In this document: positions 1 through 8,765 of the stretch, piece after piece
Layout of the letters: the number at the start of each line of letters is the position of its first letter
How positions within the stretch are numbered: the first letter of the stretch is position 1
The notes under the pieces: generated by a model
Told to the model about the DNA's origin: nothing
The model's input: the letters and a program-made list of their open reading frames with translations, nothing else
Databases searched by the model: none
Translations under genes and position numbers: made by a program
Source of the DNA: an uncultured bacterium
Lineage (GTDB): Bacteria > Fidelibacterota > Marinisomatia > SCGC-AAA003-L08 > JACNLC01
DNA: 64,000 nucleotides
NCBI GenBank assembly: GCA_964409335.1
Contig: CAYPCW010000007.1
Coordinates: 646 to 64,645 of the forward strand
Direction: 5' to 3'

Positions 1-659
1 ATATGAGTTGCATCCTGAGTTCCCCGGTAACTGACGGCGATATCATCTGACCATAATTGGACCGAATCGTAAAACATCGAGAGACTTTCCGTGTGTAAAC
101 ATATTTTTTCTACATTCAGATCATCATCGGACTCATTTACCACTTTGATTGAGCAAATTGCAGAATGGATACGGCTCGGGTCAGGTTCAGTTTGATGACG
201 CATCCCCGAAGATATCCAATAACATAATTCACCTTCGGTAGTTTTGCCAAACCAGGTATGTGAAAGCACCACGGATGGCAAGGTGATCAATATATTTTCT
301 TTTTTACCTACTGAAGTGATCTGCAACCAGATCGGAATGCGAACGAATGACTGTAATGATGAGTGGGGATACAGCCGGAATGAAACTTCCGGTTTGACGA
401 CCACTGGCCTGTCCGGAAATATCGGAGTGATCCGGATCTGCTGATCGGGGTGATAGACCGGCCAGCTATGCCACAGAAGATTTTTCGGTGGATTTTCAGG
501 GGATTCCCACTCTAATCCGGAACGATAAGCGTATGCTAACCGGATCGTATTTTCATCACATTTTACCCATAGGGAGATCTCACCGATCACCCAGTAATAC
601 TGTTGATGAATGTTGATGCGCTTTGTTCTCCAGGTAGATGATATCGGTGGTTGAGACAT
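1..659 (-). CDS. hypothetical protein; 5' end present, 3' end cut by the window edge
   Basis: Not in the ORF track because it runs off the left edge. My own translation from ATG at 659 (MSQPPISSTWRTKRINIHQQYYWVIGEISLWVK...) stays open to position 3. It lies 20 bp downstream of corA on the same strand. I recognise no family. Confidence 0.6.
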   Translation of the reverse strand, partial: MSQPPISSTWRTKRINIHQQYYWVIGEISLWVKCDENTIRLAYAYRSGLEWESPENPPKNLLWHSWPVYHPDQQIRITPIFPDRPVVVKPEVSFRLYPHSSLQSFVRIPIWLQITSVGKKENILITLPSVVLSHTWFGKTTEGELCYWISSGMRHQTEPDPSRIHSAICSIKVVNESDDDLNVEKICLHTESLSMFYDSVQLWSDDIAVSYRGTQDATH

Positions 660-679
660 TGAATTAAATTCCTATACGA

Positions 680-1747
680 TTAAAGCCATTTTTTTTTTCG
701 AAAAAAGACAAACATACCGATGGAAATCGCCAGAATAACTCCCCACACGCCGGGATATCCGTATTTCCATGCCAGCTCCGGCATAAATTCGAAGTTCATG
801 CCATACACGCCGGCCACAAAGGTAATGGGGATAAAAATTGTTGCGATGATCGTGAGTACTTTCATCACCTCGTTCATTTTATTGCTGACGTTCGTCATGT
901 AAGTATCCAGCATTCCAATGGCGATCTCCCGAAACGTATCGATGGTTTCGACTACCTGGATGACATGATCATACATATCCTTAAAATAGACATGGGATGT
1001 GGTGTCAATGAGATCAGAATCCTCCCGCCCGATCGACCCGACAATATCCCGGATCGGCCAAACAGATTTTCGAACCGCAATTATTTTTCGCTTCACCTTG
1101 TAAATCTCCTTCAGTAAACCTTTGGACGTGTGCCTGAATAATTCTTCGTCCAGATGGTCTAGCTGTTCATCCAGTTTCCCTAAAATAAAAAAGTAATAAT
1201 CCACAACGGTATCAATAAGCGCATACGCCAAATAATCCGGTTTACGCTTTCTGATTTGGGTTCCCGACGTTCGAATCCGACCCCGCACCGGATTAAACAC
1301 ATCTCCGGACTGCTCCTGCAAGGTAAGGATAAAGTTTGATCCCAATATCAGACTCAATTGCTCGTCTTTGATCTCCTGAGTCCGGTCATCATACGATAGC
1401 ATTTTGAGCACAAAATAATAAAAGGTCGGAAATCGTTCCATTTTCGGACGCTGGCCCGTATGAACAATATCTTCCTGAACCAGGGGATGGATTTGATAAT
1501 GATTACATATTTTTTCGATGGTTTCAATTTGGTGAAGGCCGTCAATATTGATCCAGGTGGTTGTATCTCTATCTTTATAGGGATAACATTCTTCCACAGA
1601 TTTTACTTCGACCTCCTTCAGGTGAGATTCGTCGAAGTCTATTAGTCTGATCCGGATATTTTCCTGTTTTTTCTCGCCAATGTGGACCATGGTCCCCGGC
1701 GATAAACCCGCCTGTTTTACGGTGACTTGTTTTTTTCCGGTCATCAT
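680..1747 (-). CDS. corA: magnesium/cobalt transporter CorA
   Basis: 355 aa with two C-terminal TM helices and the signature YGMNFEFMPE (GMN motif). Length and architecture are typical of CorA. Confidence 0.95.
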   Translation of the reverse strand: MMTGKKQVTVKQAGLSPGTMVHIGEKKQENIRIRLIDFDESHLKEVEVKSVEECYPYKDRDTTTWINIDGLHQIETIEKICNHYQIHPLVQEDIVHTGQRPKMERFPTFYYFVLKMLSYDDRTQEIKDEQLSLILGSNFILTLQEQSGDVFNPVRGRIRTSGTQIRKRKPDYLAYALIDTVVDYYFFILGKLDEQLDHLDEELFRHTSKGLLKEIYKVKRKIIAVRKSVWPIRDIVGSIGREDSDLIDTTSHVYFKDMYDHVIQVVETIDTFREIAIGMLDTYMTNVSNKMNEVMKVLTIIATIFIPITFVAGVYGMNFEFMPELAWKYGYPGVWGVILAISIGMFVFFRKKKWL

Positions 1748-1813
1748 TCGTCCTTGTACTGATTAAATGATAAACTAAATTTGATCAAATAATTTACCCT
1801 GTTTTCATAACTG

Positions 1814-2407
1814 TCAATTGAGAATTGAATACCGCATGATCAGCCTGGAGGGAGACGGATAGTCGATGACCTTAAACCCGATCTCTTCCAACACTGAGGG
1901 AATTCCCATAAAACTGGATACGGGTGGAAGCCTGTCTTTTTTCATCACCGCAGGATAAGCTTCGATGATGGTTCCCCCCTGCAATTTCACATATTCGATG
2001 GCGCCTTTCACCAGGATTTCACTGAGATGCCGCTTTCGGAATTGTAAGGGAATATAAAAACACACCAGGGACCATACTTTTTGATCGTCCACGGGTTTAA
2101 GTACTCTGGACCGTCCCAGTGATTCAAATTCTTCGCGGGGTGATATGGAACACCATCCACAGGGCAAACCATTTTGATAGGCAAGAAGTCCCGTCCTTCT
2201 GCCCCCATCCACCAGAGATTTCATCGCAGCCCGGTTTCCATCTCCTTGTCGTTCGGAGAAAGCTTTCCGCGTACTTCGCCACCACATGCACCAGCACCAG
2301 CCGTACGCTCCTCCTGGACCAAAAACCTGCTCAAAATCGGTCCATAATTGAGGATTCAGAGGTCTGATGGTAATATTATCGATAACAATATGATTGATCT
2401 TAGTCAA
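1814..2407 (-). CDS. GNAT family N-acetyltransferase
   Basis: GNAT-like core: ITIRPLNPQLWTDFEQVFGPGGAYGWCWCMWWR ... FRKRHLSEILVKGAIEY. The track ORF extends to 2587, but its first 60 aa look non-homologous. That start would also leave only 9 bp to the divergent gene at 2597. I prefer the TTG at 2407 (MTKINHIVIDNITIRP); the start is uncertain. Confidence 0.7.
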   Translation of the reverse strand: MTKINHIVIDNITIRPLNPQLWTDFEQVFGPGGAYGWCWCMWWRSTRKAFSERQGDGNRAAMKSLVDGGRRTGLLAYQNGLPCGWCSISPREEFESLGRSRVLKPVDDQKVWSLVCFYIPLQFRKRHLSEILVKGAIEYVKLQGGTIIEAYPAVMKKDRLPPVSSFMGIPSVLEEIGFKVIDYPSPSRLIMRYSILN

Positions 2408-2596
2408 TTGATTCTTCTTTTTTAATATCGCTAATATGTGCAGAATATACCCATAGATAAGCCACAACAAATTTACATTGAAAGGTAAATACCATGAATC
2501 CGGCGATTTCTGATGAAGTTGCCCCCCTGAAATCGGTAACCGGTTACTGAAAAATAACACAGGTGAATAGTCTCTGAATTTCTTCAAATTAGCGTC

Positions 2597-3211
2597 ATGA
2601 AAATCCGGCGCGTTTTACCCTTTTTCGTGGTGATATGCTACACTTTTTGGTTTGCCTGCGAAAGTCGAAAAGAGCGCGTCACCTCCCCTCCTCCGGAATC
2701 TGTTACCGCTGTGATCACTACCGGCGAAAATGTATTTCGTTCGCTCAGTACGGAATTAATACACTCATTACAGCAGGCAATCCGGGATCATGGCGCTGCA
2801 GGTGCAATCGAATTCTGTAATATTGAAGCGCTGCCTTTGACTCAAAAAATTTCCAACACACATTCCCGGGTGACCGCGGTCAAAAGAACTTCCTATCTCT
2901 ATCGTAACCGAAAAAACCGTCCGGATAAATATGAAAAAATTGCATTGGATTATTTCCTGAAATATATTGATTCCGGGCTTCCCATACCTTCTTATTATGT
3001 CCAAAGTATTGAAAAACGGGGGGAGAAATTTTACCGGTATTATAAACCCTTGTCGGTGATGCCCATGTGTCTGAGTTGCCACGGCAATCCGGAAGATTTA
3101 AGCCCGGATGTCCGTGCCGAACTAAAAGAGAAATACCCAAAGGACAAAGCCCTGGGGTACTCGGTAAATGATTTCAGAGGCGTTGTCAGTATCTCAATCG
3201 CCGACCAGTAA
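2597..3211 (+). CDS. secreted DUF3365-type (Tll0287-like) heme-c binding protein
   Basis: N-terminal signal/lipoprotein-like sequence and a single CXXCH heme-c motif (MCLSCHG). The C-terminal KALGYSVNDFRGVVSISI is typical of DUF3365 proteins. Confidence 0.65.
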   Translation: MKIRRVLPFFVVICYTFWFACESRKERVTSPPPESVTAVITTGENVFRSLSTELIHSLQQAIRDHGAAGAIEFCNIEALPLTQKISNTHSRVTAVKRTSYLYRNRKNRPDKYEKIALDYFLKYIDSGLPIPSYYVQSIEKRGEKFYRYYKPLSVMPMCLSCHGNPEDLSPDVRAELKEKYPKDKALGYSVNDFRGVVSISIADQ

Positions 3212-3292
3212 CCGGGTAAATCGTTCTGAATCTGGTTCCCCCCGCCCCCATAATTCTGTTTTTAACCCTGAAGCATAGACCACGGAGCTAAA

Positions 3293-4225
3293 ATGTTATT
3301 TCAAAATTATATCGGCGAATTTTTTTCACTGATCAGTGCGATCCTGTGGGCATTAGCGGTCATCATGTTCAAAAAAACAGGCGAATCCATTTCGCCGGTC
3401 GCTTTAAACCCATTTAAAAATGTATTAGCTCAAATTTTGTTTTTCATTACGATTTTGGTCCTCGGTGAACCCTTATTACAGCCCTTCGACCCCATGGGAA
3501 TCAACGGATTTTCCTATTCAGACTATACCCGGCTGATCATCAGTGGTATTGTGGGGATCGGAATTGCCGATCTCATCTTTTTCAAATCACTGAATATTAT
3601 CGGGGCAGGGTTTGCTGCGATTGTCGATACTATGTATAGTCCATCCGTGATCATTTTTGCATACTTCATGTTGGGAGAAAGACTGACGCTTCTACAATTG
3701 TCCGGGGCGGGGTTGGTGATCGCTGCTATATTATTTGCTTCCTTTCGGTTTCAGCACGTGATGGCATCAAAAAGGGAGTTGAGATACGGCGTTTTTCTCG
3801 GTGTTCTTGCGCTGGCGCTGATGGGATTTGGTATCGTCTTGGTCAAACCGGTCCTAAATAAATTGCCCATGGATTTCGGTGTTCAGATGTGGGTGGCAGG
3901 ATTCCGGTTATTGCCCGGCGCTATTTTTTCTCTGATCATTTTTCTTTGGGTGAGCCGAACCCGGGATCTCATCACCCCTTTCTACAATAAGAAAATATGG
4001 TTTCCGTTGGTGGGGAGTTCCATCCTGGGAACCTTTCTGGGTTTATCCTGCTGGCTTATTGGGATGACCTTTACGACCGCTTCTATTGCCAGTATTTTAA
4101 ACCAAACCGCCACCATTTTTATTTTGCTCTTTGCATGGATATTTTTAAAAGAACCCATATCCTTGCGACGGATCTTCGCAGTATTCATGGCAATGTGCGG
4201 CGTCACCTTGGTGATTTTAGGATAA
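3293..4225 (+). CDS. EamA/DMT superfamily permease
   Basis: 310 aa with about 10 predicted TM segments in two EamA-like halves. Confidence 0.85.
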   Translation: MLFQNYIGEFFSLISAILWALAVIMFKKTGESISPVALNPFKNVLAQILFFITILVLGEPLLQPFDPMGINGFSYSDYTRLIISGIVGIGIADLIFFKSLNIIGAGFAAIVDTMYSPSVIIFAYFMLGERLTLLQLSGAGLVIAAILFASFRFQHVMASKRELRYGVFLGVLALALMGFGIVLVKPVLNKLPMDFGVQMWVAGFRLLPGAIFSLIIFLWVSRTRDLITPFYNKKIWFPLVGSSILGTFLGLSCWLIGMTFTTASIASILNQTATIFILLFAWIFLKEPISLRRIFAVFMAMCGVTLVILG

Positions 4226-4227
4226 TC

Positions 4228-4286
4228 CGGCGGACATAAAAAAGAGAGAGAAACCTCAGGCCTCCCTCTCTTTTTTATGTCCGCCG
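4228..4286. terminator. long hairpin, bidirectional terminator between convergent genes
   Basis: CGGCGGACATAAAAAAGAGAG ... CTCTCTTTTTTATGTCCGCCG gives about 21 bp of perfect complementarity with A/T runs on both sides. It sits between the stop of 3293..4225 (+) and the stop of 4297..5709 (-). Confidence 0.7.
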
Positions 4287-4296
4287 AAACCGATGA

Positions 4297-5709
4297 TTAT
4301 TTCACCAGCATAATCGGGGTAACAGAATTCACATTGTCTCCCAGAATCCGGATGAAATACGCGCCGCTGGAATGTCTGGATGCATCCCATGAGAAGCTGT
4401 AATTTCCAACGGGTTGATGTCCTGAATAAATAGATTCAACCCGCTGACCATTTACATTGTAGATATCCACAGAAACTGTCGATTCAAAATCCAGTGAATA
4501 GGAAACTGTGGTTACCGGATTAAATGGATTTGGGAAGGACTTCACTGCAGAAATCACCGGTATAGTTCCGGGTTCCGGGTTTCCGTTGGGTCCTTCAGGA
4601 TCGCTCCAGAATAATCCATTGATTTCATAGACCATGATAGTGGACATTCCTTCATTTTGGTTATGAAGCCCGCCAACGATGGTGACCGTATCGCCATCTT
4701 CAGGACGGGTAGCGCCGCTGTCCGGTTCGTACCACCAGGGACCGAAATTCAAAAAGTAGTCTGCTTCTCCGTTACCGTCTTCGTCTAAATAGTAGAAATG
4801 ATGCATCATTCCGCTGTCAACCATTGCGGTTCCAGTGACCGTCACAACCACCAGGGAATCCTGGCCGTTTCCGTCATCACATCCGCCATCGTGGTTGCCG
4901 CCCCCGTGTCCACCGCCAAATCCTCCCATATCAAGGGGATCGCTCCAGAATAATCCATTGATTTCATAGACCATGATAGTGGACATTCCTTCATTTTGGT
5001 TATGAAGCCCGCCAACGATGGTGACCGTATCGCCATCTTCAGGACGGGTAGCGCCGCTGTCCGGTTCGTACCACCAGGGACCGAAATTCAAAAAGTAGTC
5101 TGCTTCTCCGTTACCGTCTTCGTCTAAATAGTAGAAATGATGCATCATTCCGCTGTCAACCATTGCGGTTCCAGTGACCGTCACAACCACCAGGGAATCC
5201 ATATTACCATCCCAGTCCATGTCATTACCACTATGCTGGCTGCCGTACTGACCCATCTCATGACTACCACCCATGTGACCCATGCCTTGTCCATGACCAA
5301 ACATATCTTCAGGATCCCGCCAGAACTCACCATTAATCTCATACACGAAGATCACATTATTCTGGGATTCCCCGGCTTCGAAATACCCGCCGGTAATGGT
5401 CACATAGACACCGTCATCAGGACGGGTCACGCCGTTGTCCGGCTCGTACCACCAGGGACCAAAATTCAACTGGTAGTTTGCTTCGCCATCACCATCTTCA
5501 TCCAGGTAATACATATCCTGCATCATCCCGGATTCAACGACCGCGACACCGGATACGGTGATTACCGTGAGTGAATCCTGTACATTCCCATCATCATTTC
5601 CGCCCCCATGATGACCGCCGCCCATTCCGTGGTCTTGCGCAAAGGCTGTACCAAGAAACAATATCCCGGTAAAAAGTAATCCCGTTATCATTGTTTTAAT
5701 TTGCTTCAT
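4297..5709 (-). CDS. secreted triple-repeat protein with His/Met/Gly-rich linkers and a T9SS-type (FlgD-Ig-like) C-terminal sorting domain
   Basis: Signal peptide MKQIKTMITGLLFTGILFLGTAFA. Three ~113-aa modules (TVTG.A.V.SGMM..(F/M)YYLDEDG(D/N)GEA(D/N)Y.LNFGPWWYEPD...RP.DG..VTI.GG...V(Y)EING.FW.DP) are separated by linkers such as HGMGGGHHGGGNDDGN and GHGQGMGHMGGSHEMGQYGSQHSG. The C-terminal ~80 aa (FPNPFNPVTTVSYSL...YFIRILGDN...IMLVK) match the Por/T9SS sorting-domain pattern. Confidence 0.85.
   Translation of the reverse strand: MKQIKTMITGLLFTGILFLGTAFAQDHGMGGGHHGGGNDDGNVQDSLTVITVSGVAVVESGMMQDMYYLDEDGDGEANYQLNFGPWWYEPDNGVTRPDDGVYVTITGGYFEAGESQNNVIFVYEINGEFWRDPEDMFGHGQGMGHMGGSHEMGQYGSQHSGNDMDWDGNMDSLVVVTVTGTAMVDSGMMHHFYYLDEDGNGEADYFLNFGPWWYEPDSGATRPEDGDTVTIVGGLHNQNEGMSTIMVYEINGLFWSDPLDMGGFGGGHGGGNHDGGCDDGNGQDSLVVVTVTGTAMVDSGMMHHFYYLDEDGNGEADYFLNFGPWWYEPDSGATRPEDGDTVTIVGGLHNQNEGMSTIMVYEINGLFWSDPEGPNGNPEPGTIPVISAVKSFPNPFNPVTTVSYSLDFESTVSVDIYNVNGQRVESIYSGHQPVGNYSFSWDASRHSSGAYFIRILGDNVNSVTPIMLVK
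4598..5200. repeat. perfect 264-bp intragenic tandem duplication (4598-4861 and 4937-5200, period 339 bp)
   Basis: Base-by-base comparison of the two segments shows no mismatch. They encode repeat modules 2 and 3 of the 470-aa protein. Module 1 (about 5290-5590) is diverged. Confidence 0.95.
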
Positions 5710-5926
5710 TTCATTTTTCCTTTTTCTTCAGGCACATCTGCAATAAATTTCTTCCCGGTCTGGCGGGGGGTTGAATGATATTTACTAAACATATTCGTTT
5801 TTTTGTCATTACAACTCCTCGCCGTTCTTTATCCATTATGCCTTATTGTTTCCTATTTATGTTCCTTGTCACCGGCCAATGGTCTTGCCCGGTCTCTGAT
5901 TTTTCCGTCTTTCTTCAAAGTTTTTG

Positions 5927-7012
5927 CTATGGGTTCAATATGACCTCTATGAGCGCAACTACATCCAGAATATCCACCCGCTCATCCAGATTTATGTCCG
6001 CCCGGATTATATCCTGATTCCCTCCTTCAAATGTTTCCAGGATCATCGCGATCATGATGACAACATCCGTAACAGTAATGTTACCGTCGTTGTCGATATC
6101 CCCGGTCATCCCGCTGACGGCACCAAAATTCATGGCGCTGATCACAACATGCCCCGGTGTCCACGGAATATCATCCCGTTGAATGATATCCATCTCATAT
6201 TCGATTCCCTGATCTGCATCCCATACGTGAATTGACATCGGGTCACCGGCAATAAAACCGGGTAATTGAAATCCGCCTTCATCACATTGATCAATGGCGC
6301 CGTATGCAGGAATGGTCATCGGACCGCCCTGCCAGTATTCCGACCCCACCAGGATCTCCCCAAATTCATCACTGCAGTCGCCATAATTGGTTGATCCTTC
6401 AAAACTCAGTAATCCGATATCGTCGCCAAAATCCAGTTCCACGGCTTCTTCGATGGTGATATAGGAAATGACCCCTGCACCGGTGGTGTCGGAAAATTGC
6501 AGATAATTGTCCAGGTATCCGTTGAGAATATTACTGAAGTAGCCTGAATCATTATTTTCCGGTTCAAATTGATAACAGGCTTCCAAATCCACGTCGAAAT
6601 TTGATTGACCATTTCCCTGACAGGATGCGGAGTAGATACAGCTTAAACTGTAGATCAATTCGAAACTCACAGTGAAAAGGAGATGTGTTCCCGGTTCGAT
6701 GGGTTCGCCGCCCATTCCCTGCATAAAACCGTGAATATGATGCTCATGGTTTCCCACCACATTGACATTGAAACCATTCGAATCGATGACGCCTCCGAAG
6801 ATATTGTTGATCGCGATGCCGCTGATAAACACATTGAACGAATAGACCGGATCCGTATTTTCAATGATCACTTCCATCGTCCCTGCGTCCGGATCCACGA
6901 CTCCAAATGTGAACACTGCATCATTCATCTGTGAAGATAGCGCTCCCGGTAAAACCATTAGCGAAAGTACAAATATTTTGAATAAATTTTTAAAAGTAAT
7001 AAAGTTAGACAT
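5927..7012 (-). CDS. secreted protein with a cohesin-like N-terminal beta-sandwich module and a C-terminal dockerin-like double EF-hand
   Basis: Signal peptide MSNFITFKNLFKIFVLSLMVLPGALSS. N-terminal segment AVFTFGVVDPDAGTMEVIIENTDPVYSFNVFISGIAINNIFGG is cohesin-like in pattern. C-terminus GDIDNDGNITVTDVVIMIAMIL ... ADINLDERVDILDVVALIEVIL is two dockerin-type Ca-binding repeats. The ATG at 7012 sits 1 nt after the upstream stop. The track's TTG at 7030 is the alternative start. Confidence 0.8.
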   Translation of the reverse strand: MSNFITFKNLFKIFVLSLMVLPGALSSQMNDAVFTFGVVDPDAGTMEVIIENTDPVYSFNVFISGIAINNIFGGVIDSNGFNVNVVGNHEHHIHGFMQGMGGEPIEPGTHLLFTVSFELIYSLSCIYSASCQGNGQSNFDVDLEACYQFEPENNDSGYFSNILNGYLDNYLQFSDTTGAGVISYITIEEAVELDFGDDIGLLSFEGSTNYGDCSDEFGEILVGSEYWQGGPMTIPAYGAIDQCDEGGFQLPGFIAGDPMSIHVWDADQGIEYEMDIIQRDDIPWTPGHVVISAMNFGAVSGMTGDIDNDGNITVTDVVIMIAMILETFEGGNQDIIRADINLDERVDILDVVALIEVILNP

Positions 7013-7013
7013 A

Positions 7014-8540
7014 TTAATACCTGCCTTCAATTTTATTGATTTTCAAATTCGCCGGAATGCCGTCCGGCTCCGTCGGTTTAATCTGATTAAATCTCATGAC
7101 CAGTCTTGAATAATTCACTCCAAGTTGTTGACTCATTTCCTTTTTACTCATATGATATTTATGATACAGGAAGGTCAGTATTTGGTCATCGAATTTTCGG
7201 TTGATGTCCTTCCAGTTCAAATTCTGGTTTTGCCGGATGAATACGAGAAGGCATTCATGGCTCTTTTCAGGGGTAAATTTCCGGTTTCTTTCCCGTGCTT
7301 TTGAATATGTTCTTTCGGCGATATCCAGCAGGGCAATAGCGTTTTTGACGGAACCGGATTTGTGGATCATCACATCCAGGAGCGTTTCCTGAAAGGCAGC
7401 CCGGATTTCCTTCAATGTTTTTTCAATGGCAAAACTAAAATCAAGTTTACCTGAACCGATCATGCTGTCTGATGCATGATCCTGAAGAAAAGCAATATAC
7501 CGGTTTACAACGTTCAGTCGTTCTCCCGTTAACGGGAATTTCTGCTGTGCCAGTTCCAGGGCAACCCGGCTTCCCTGGGCAAAATAGTCTTCTGCCAACG
7601 TTAGCTGATGCAGATGTTCGGCGCAGCATCCCAAATAATAGCAGGCGCCGGGGACCAGATGAAATACCCCGTGATCAACAGCAATATTCAGAGATTGTTC
7701 GAAATATGCCAGTGAGCGGGTAAAACCGGATCGGGTGTAATGGATAAATCCCAAGTTCCCCAATGCATAGCTTTGAGTATAATAACTGTCTGCGATGCTG
7801 ACACAATTGGAGAGATTTTCCTCCGAAGTTTCAAAATTCCCCTGGCGAAATTCCATCATTCCCATATCATGAAAAATAGCCGCACGGATATGTTGAAATC
7901 TGGGGTCACCAACCAGCGCCAGTGCTTTTTGGTAATACACATCCGTCTGATGATATTCACCCAACTTGCCGTAGAAGTTTCCGATGTTTTTGTAGTGATA
8001 GGCCAGCGTGGATTTCTGCCCGATATGGTCGAAATATTCGGCTGATGCCTTGAGGGCTTCAATGATGGACGGATCTCCTTTTCTACCCACGTTCACCAAA
8101 CTGTAATATTGAGCGATCCGCAGCAGATATTCTGAGTTGGTAAGATTCTTAACCGTTTTCAGGATCATGAGAGCGTTGTCGTAACTGCCAATGATCGCTA
8201 AAAATGCCACCAGTTCGAGTAAGACAAATGCCCGGGTATCCCGATCATGTTCCGGTAACAGGGAGTAGGCATATCCCAACAGGCCGGCGCCCTCCAGCAG
8301 TTGTCCTTCTCCGATGGTACATCTCGCAATGCCGGTAATCAATGCAGCCCGGTGGGACGGATCCCCTTCGTATGCCAGCAGGGATTCCAATTGCTCCCGG
8401 GTAGAGGGAACATCTAATTCTCCAAATTGAGACAGATGGGATACAAATTCAGTCCATCTGGGCTTCTCCTGTACTACAGGGAGATTTTCAACGGCGAATC
8501 CGTTGTGGGGTTGATTGAATATTTCAGGTATGTCAAGCAT
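7014..8540 (-). CDS. TPR-repeat regulator with two C-terminal Fis-type HTH-like segments
   Basis: The central ~300 aa have TPR-like periodicity (AEYFDHIGQKSTLAYHYKNIGNFYGKLGEYHQTDVYYQKALAL...). The C-terminus contains GSVKNAIALLDIAERTYSKARERN and MSKKEMSQQLGVNYSRLVMRFNQI. Both resemble HTH_8/Fis-type helix-turn-helix. No AAA+ domain is present. Confidence 0.7.
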   Translation of the reverse strand: MLDIPEIFNQPHNGFAVENLPVVQEKPRWTEFVSHLSQFGELDVPSTREQLESLLAYEGDPSHRAALITGIARCTIGEGQLLEGAGLLGYAYSLLPEHDRDTRAFVLLELVAFLAIIGSYDNALMILKTVKNLTNSEYLLRIAQYYSLVNVGRKGDPSIIEALKASAEYFDHIGQKSTLAYHYKNIGNFYGKLGEYHQTDVYYQKALALVGDPRFQHIRAAIFHDMGMMEFRQGNFETSEENLSNCVSIADSYYTQSYALGNLGFIHYTRSGFTRSLAYFEQSLNIAVDHGVFHLVPGACYYLGCCAEHLHQLTLAEDYFAQGSRVALELAQQKFPLTGERLNVVNRYIAFLQDHASDSMIGSGKLDFSFAIEKTLKEIRAAFQETLLDVMIHKSGSVKNAIALLDIAERTYSKARERNRKFTPEKSHECLLVFIRQNQNLNWKDINRKFDDQILTFLYHKYHMSKKEMSQQLGVNYSRLVMRFNQIKPTEPDGIPANLKINKIEGRY

Positions 8541-8765
8541 GGTTTAAATATTTCAGTGAATACGCTGACATAAATTAAAGGCACACAAAACTTACTTCCA
8601 AATAAAATTTGTAAATTTTACTTAATTATTTGCATTTATTACCTTTGCTCGTCGGAGAGTTGTACCCTGTACTTTTAAACAAATGTTCGTACGCCTTAGG
8701 GTATCCGGCGCTTTTTCATCAGATCAGGATGAGTAAAAATCCAGTAGAAATTGTGGAATCGGGGA

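Noticed and set aside
244-444. 66-aa plus-strand ORF near the left edge
   Set aside because: It lies antisense to a continuous 219-codon minus-strand frame that starts at ATG 659, directly downstream of corA.
1262-1290. tRNA T-loop-like string GTTCGAATCC (and GTTCAAATCC near 13897)
   Set aside because: Both lie inside well-supported CDSs. The flanks cannot form T-stems, acceptor stems or anticodon arms. I found no tRNA in the window.
4598-5200. Mobile element or IS as the explanation for the 264-bp perfect repeat
   Set aside because: Both copies are in frame within one gene and encode homologous protein modules. There are no terminal inverted repeats and no transposase or integrase anywhere in the window.
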